DNA of 17,046 nucleotides from a virus (Duplodnaviria; Heunggongvirae; Uroviricota; Caudoviricetes): IMG/VR virus record IMGVR_UViG_2651869780_000020, positions 1 to 17,046 of that record; one strand, 5' to 3'. Shown piece by piece: positions 14,530 to 17,046 of this stretch (position 1 is its first letter; each line of letters starts with the position of its first letter). The notes under the pieces were generated by a model. It saw only the letters and a program-made list of their open reading frames with translations, ran no database searches and was not told where the DNA came from. The position numbers and the translations under genes were made by a program.

Positions 14530-16569
14530 ATGACAGACATTACAGCCAATGTGATTGTATCGATGCCTTCGCAACTCTTCACTATGGCGCGTTCTTTTAA
14601 AGCCGTAGCCAATGGCAAAATTTATATCGGTAAAATTGACACTGACCCGGTAAATCCTGAAAACCAGATTCAGGTTTATGTGGAGAACGAAGATGGTTCT
14701 CACGTTCCTGTTGCACAGCCAATCATCATTAATGCTGCTGGTTACCCGGTATATAACGGGCAGATTGCCAAATTCGTAACTGAGCAAGGCCATTCTATGG
14801 CTGTTTATGATGCGTATGGTGCACAGCAGTTCAAATTCCCAAATGTGCTGAAGTATGATCCGGATCAGTTTGAAGCAAGATTATATGATGATGTTGGTTC
14901 TGGAAATTTTCCCAGCAAGATGGGATACATACACAACACTTTGCATGCAACATTGCGCACATTGCAACATAAGCTTGACGATATACTATCTGTTAAAGAT
15001 TTTGGCGCCGTAGGAGATGGTTTAGATCATCCTCTTAGCGAAAAGTTCAGCACATTAAGTGCTGCTCAGATGGTTTATCCATTTGTTACCGCATTAACAC
15101 AAACCCAAGATTACGCTGCGATACAAGCTGCGATTAACACTGCTAAATTTATTAACGCAGGCGTGTTTCTGCCATCTGGCCAATACGTGGTAAATACAGA
15201 AATTGTGGCGGATTATGCTCTTAGCTTATATGGCGAAGGCAGCGGTGGTTTGCGTGACATAGCCTCTACAGGTCACGAGGAATCGCCTGTTCGTGGGTCT
15301 GTAATATTGTCTAAAGTAAACCCCGGAAGAACGTTGTCAATTAATAGCACTACAGTTTTTTCATTCGGTATGACATTGCGCGACTTCGCAATATGGGGTG
15401 TGCAAGACTCTTGTGACGTGGGTCTGTATACTAACCATGTAGGTTGGACAGGGATTATGTCCGGTTTAAATATCCAACGCTTCCCAAATCAAGCGTGGGA
15501 GGTGGGCTATATTCAAGATACATACGTGAACAACTGCACTTTTTTGCTCAGCGGTTCTCAAGATAAACCTGCAGTGCACTTCCTTAACGACTCTAACTAT
15601 ATCTATTTCAATGGCTGTCATTTTGAGGGTACTCCTTACTTTATTAAAATGACTAATGCGTGGAACATAGCGTTCCATCATTGCCATTTCGAAGTAGCCC
15701 GTACAGTAAACGGCTCACTGGATGATAGATTTTTTTACCGAAGCGCACCCATTGACCTTGGTGCAAGCTATAGAATTCAATTTTCAGAAAATACATTCAT
15801 ACCGACCGATGTAGGTTACCTGTCGTCGAAACTAGATGTACCAAGAAACCAGGTTCCGTATTTTATGACGGGTTCTGGAGGTAACAGCATTAGCTTCTCT
15901 GGGGATATATTCCTGGCACCAGAAGGTAGTGTAGATGCTATGTATCTGGATTGCACAGCTGTTAGTGTATTGGGGTGTAAATTTATACGAATGTCTCCCA
16001 GCCGCGAATGTGTACATATCACCGACGGACATGTAAGTAATTGCGAGATAGGGATTTCAGCCGCCGAGGACCTAACAAAATTGTACGGTATCTATGTCGG
16101 CAAAGGCGGTGTTTCAAACTGTACCTTTGGTTTCTATGAGTCTGACTCCGGTGGGAAACGAAATGAAGGCGCGCTATTATTTGGAGAGGGGAAGGCTAAC
16201 GGTAATTCATACCCTGACGATGACCGTGTGTATATTTTTCTGGATTCACCAACGAAGGTTGATGGTTACGACGGTGGAGATGCAAGATTCATTACCTTAA
16301 CAGAAAGCACTATTGTAGATTTAACAAAAGTTCATCCATCAACTCATTATAATATAATCGGCTCTTCGGTAGCTATTACTAACATTTATGGTGCTCCACT
16401 AGGCAGAGACCTGATTGTACGGGTGTCTAGTGGTGATCATTCTGGTGTTAAGTACGTAGCCGGTTCTGTCGAAACTAATGGAGCTACTGATTGGGCCGCG
16501 GTGCCAAGCACAAACGCGATATTCAAATGCATTAAAGGACCGGCTGGTAAAGTGATGTATCAGTTATAA
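14530..16569 (+). CDS. Tailspike protein: conserved N-terminal head-binding domain plus a divergent beta-helix-like receptor-binding/depolymerase body
   Basis: 679 aa. The first ~120 residues (MTDITANVIVSMPSQLFTMARSFKAVANGKIYIGKIDTDPVNPENQIQVYVENEDGSHVPV..NVLKYDPDQF) match the P22/Sf6/HK620 tailspike N-terminal domain as recalled. The rest differs from P22 gp9 and has repetitive short beta-strand-like segments typical of right-handed beta-helix depolymerases. Confidence 0.9.
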   Translation: MTDITANVIVSMPSQLFTMARSFKAVANGKIYIGKIDTDPVNPENQIQVYVENEDGSHVPVAQPIIINAAGYPVYNGQIAKFVTEQGHSMAVYDAYGAQQFKFPNVLKYDPDQFEARLYDDVGSGNFPSKMGYIHNTLHATLRTLQHKLDDILSVKDFGAVGDGLDHPLSEKFSTLSAAQMVYPFVTALTQTQDYAAIQAAINTAKFINAGVFLPSGQYVVNTEIVADYALSLYGEGSGGLRDIASTGHEESPVRGSVILSKVNPGRTLSINSTTVFSFGMTLRDFAIWGVQDSCDVGLYTNHVGWTGIMSGLNIQRFPNQAWEVGYIQDTYVNNCTFLLSGSQDKPAVHFLNDSNYIYFNGCHFEGTPYFIKMTNAWNIAFHHCHFEVARTVNGSLDDRFFYRSAPIDLGASYRIQFSENTFIPTDVGYLSSKLDVPRNQVPYFMTGSGGNSISFSGDIFLAPEGSVDAMYLDCTAVSVLGCKFIRMSPSRECVHITDGHVSNCEIGISAAEDLTKLYGIYVGKGGVSNCTFGFYESDSGGKRNEGALLFGEGKANGNSYPDDDRVYIFLDSPTKVDGYDGGDARFITLTESTIVDLTKVHPSTHYNIIGSSVAITNIYGAPLGRDLIVRVSSGDHSGVKYVAGSVETNGATDWAAVPSTNAIFKCIKGPAGKVMYQL

Positions 16570-16591
16570 ACTAGTGGTGTGTGTTTTAAAT

Positions 16592-16618
16592 AAACCACCT
16601 CTAAATGAGGTGGTTTTT
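16592..16618. terminator. Intrinsic terminator after the tailspike, possibly bidirectional
   Basis: aaaccacctc (16592-16601), loop taaat, gaggtggttt (16607-16616), T-run; sits between the convergent tailspike and the - strand membrane protein gene. Confidence 0.75.
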
Positions 16619-16625
16619 GCAAAAG

Positions 16626-17046
16626 TTATCTTTGAGTTCTCGCAAATCTAAGGCATAGCAACACAAAAGAGAATGCCACTAAAAATACAGAGATATCAAC
16701 AACATAAGCAATGCCAACAGGAGGCGATAACAGTAGCTGCAAAGATCTAATATAAAAAACAGCCAAAAACGAAGATGTAAATGGAAGCATGCAACCTGAG
16801 TTTTTATACTTTGCTTTTGAAATCCTTCCTATTATAAAACCTATAATAGACGTCATAATTAAGCTTCCAATAAATCCAAAAAACACATATCCTGCAAGAT
16901 CAAAGTGACTTGTTGGACCTCTTGCAATATCATCCCATGGGTACCATTGTTTCCATATCAATCTACCTACATCATTATCAAAATAGTTATATGAGAACAC
17001 GGTTTTTACAAATCCATTTCCACCTATATATCCAAATAGCTGAATA
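16626..17046 (-). CDS. C-terminal part of a multi-pass membrane protein (5' end beyond the window); possibly an O-antigen-modifying/serotype-conversion protein
   Basis: The - strand frame stays open from 17000 to the window edge, so the GTG at 16998-17000 is not the real start. Several hydrophobic helices (e.g. YVFFGFIGSLIMTSIIGFIIG, VDISVFLVAFSFVLLCL). AT-rich. Convergent with the tailspike, as gtrC is in P22 and oac is in Sf6; function is inferred from synteny only. Confidence 0.45.
   Translation of the reverse strand, partial: IQLFGYIGGNGFVKTVFSYNYFDNDVGRLIWKQWYPWDDIARGPTSHFDLAGYVFFGFIGSLIMTSIIGFIIGRISKAKYKNSGCMLPFTSSFLAVFYIRSLQLLLSPPVGIAYVVDISVFLVAFSFVLLCLRFARTQR

Larger units (their letters stand above)
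1..17046. mobile_element. P22-like temperate phage/prophage segment: late structural operon, accessory cassette, immI module and tailspike
   Basis: Gene order portal-scaffold-coat-gp4-gp10-gp26-gp14-gp7-gp20-gp16-(accessory)-mnt-arc-ant-tailspike matches the P22 late region as I recall it. Protein sizes agree (472, 233, 231, 468 aa for gp10, gp26, gp7, gp20). Tail needle, gp4, coat and tailspike N-terminus show recognisable sequence similarity to P22/Sf6/HK620 proteins. Integration ends are not in the window. Confidence 0.85.

Noticed and set aside
14470-14793. 107-aa - strand ORF spanning the ant terminator and the tailspike start
   Set aside because: It crosses an intrinsic terminator and the conserved tailspike N-terminal coding region in antisense; not plausible as a gene.
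15466-16300. Short ORFs inside the tailspike gene (15466-15687 -, 15816-16032 -, 16094-16300 +)
   Set aside because: Embedded in the tailspike coding frame in an AT-rich segment where random ORFs are frequent.
1-17046. Searched by eye for CRISPR repeats, tRNA/tmRNA cloverleaf signatures, IS inverted terminal repeats and attL/attR core repeats
   Set aside because: No regularly spaced direct repeats with spacers, no tRNA-like conserved motifs, no transposase ORF and no integrase were seen; the window appears to lie entirely inside the prophage.

Overview
This window reads as a contiguous piece of a P22-like temperate phage or prophage from an enterobacterial host, identified by gene order and by protein similarity that I recall from memory (no database search was possible). 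On the + strand it carries the late morphogenesis operon in canonical P22 order: portal (5' end outside the window), scaffold, coat, gp4, gp10, gp26 tail needle, gp14, and the three ejection proteins gp7, gp20 and gp16. It then has an immunity-I module (mnt on the - strand, divergent arc and ant on the + strand, with a predicted sar-like antisense RNA) followed by the tailspike. The tailspike has the conserved P22/Sf6/HK620-type N-terminal head-binding domain fused to a different beta-helix-like receptor-binding body. Between gp16 and mnt, where P22 carries sieA, there is an AT-rich accessory cassette of about 2.4 kb that I cannot assign to any characterised family; this is the best candidate for an undescribed superinfection-exclusion or defence function. 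It comprises a convergent membrane/coiled-coil protein, a 322-aa protein with its own sigma70-like promoter embedded in four copies of an ATGCAAGCAT-type motif, a membrane zinc-ribbon microprotein, a small coiled-coil protein, and a 69-aa ORF translationally coupled to mnt. A partial AT-rich membrane protein gene converges on the tailspike at the 3' edge. No tRNA, rRNA, CRISPR array or IS element was seen.
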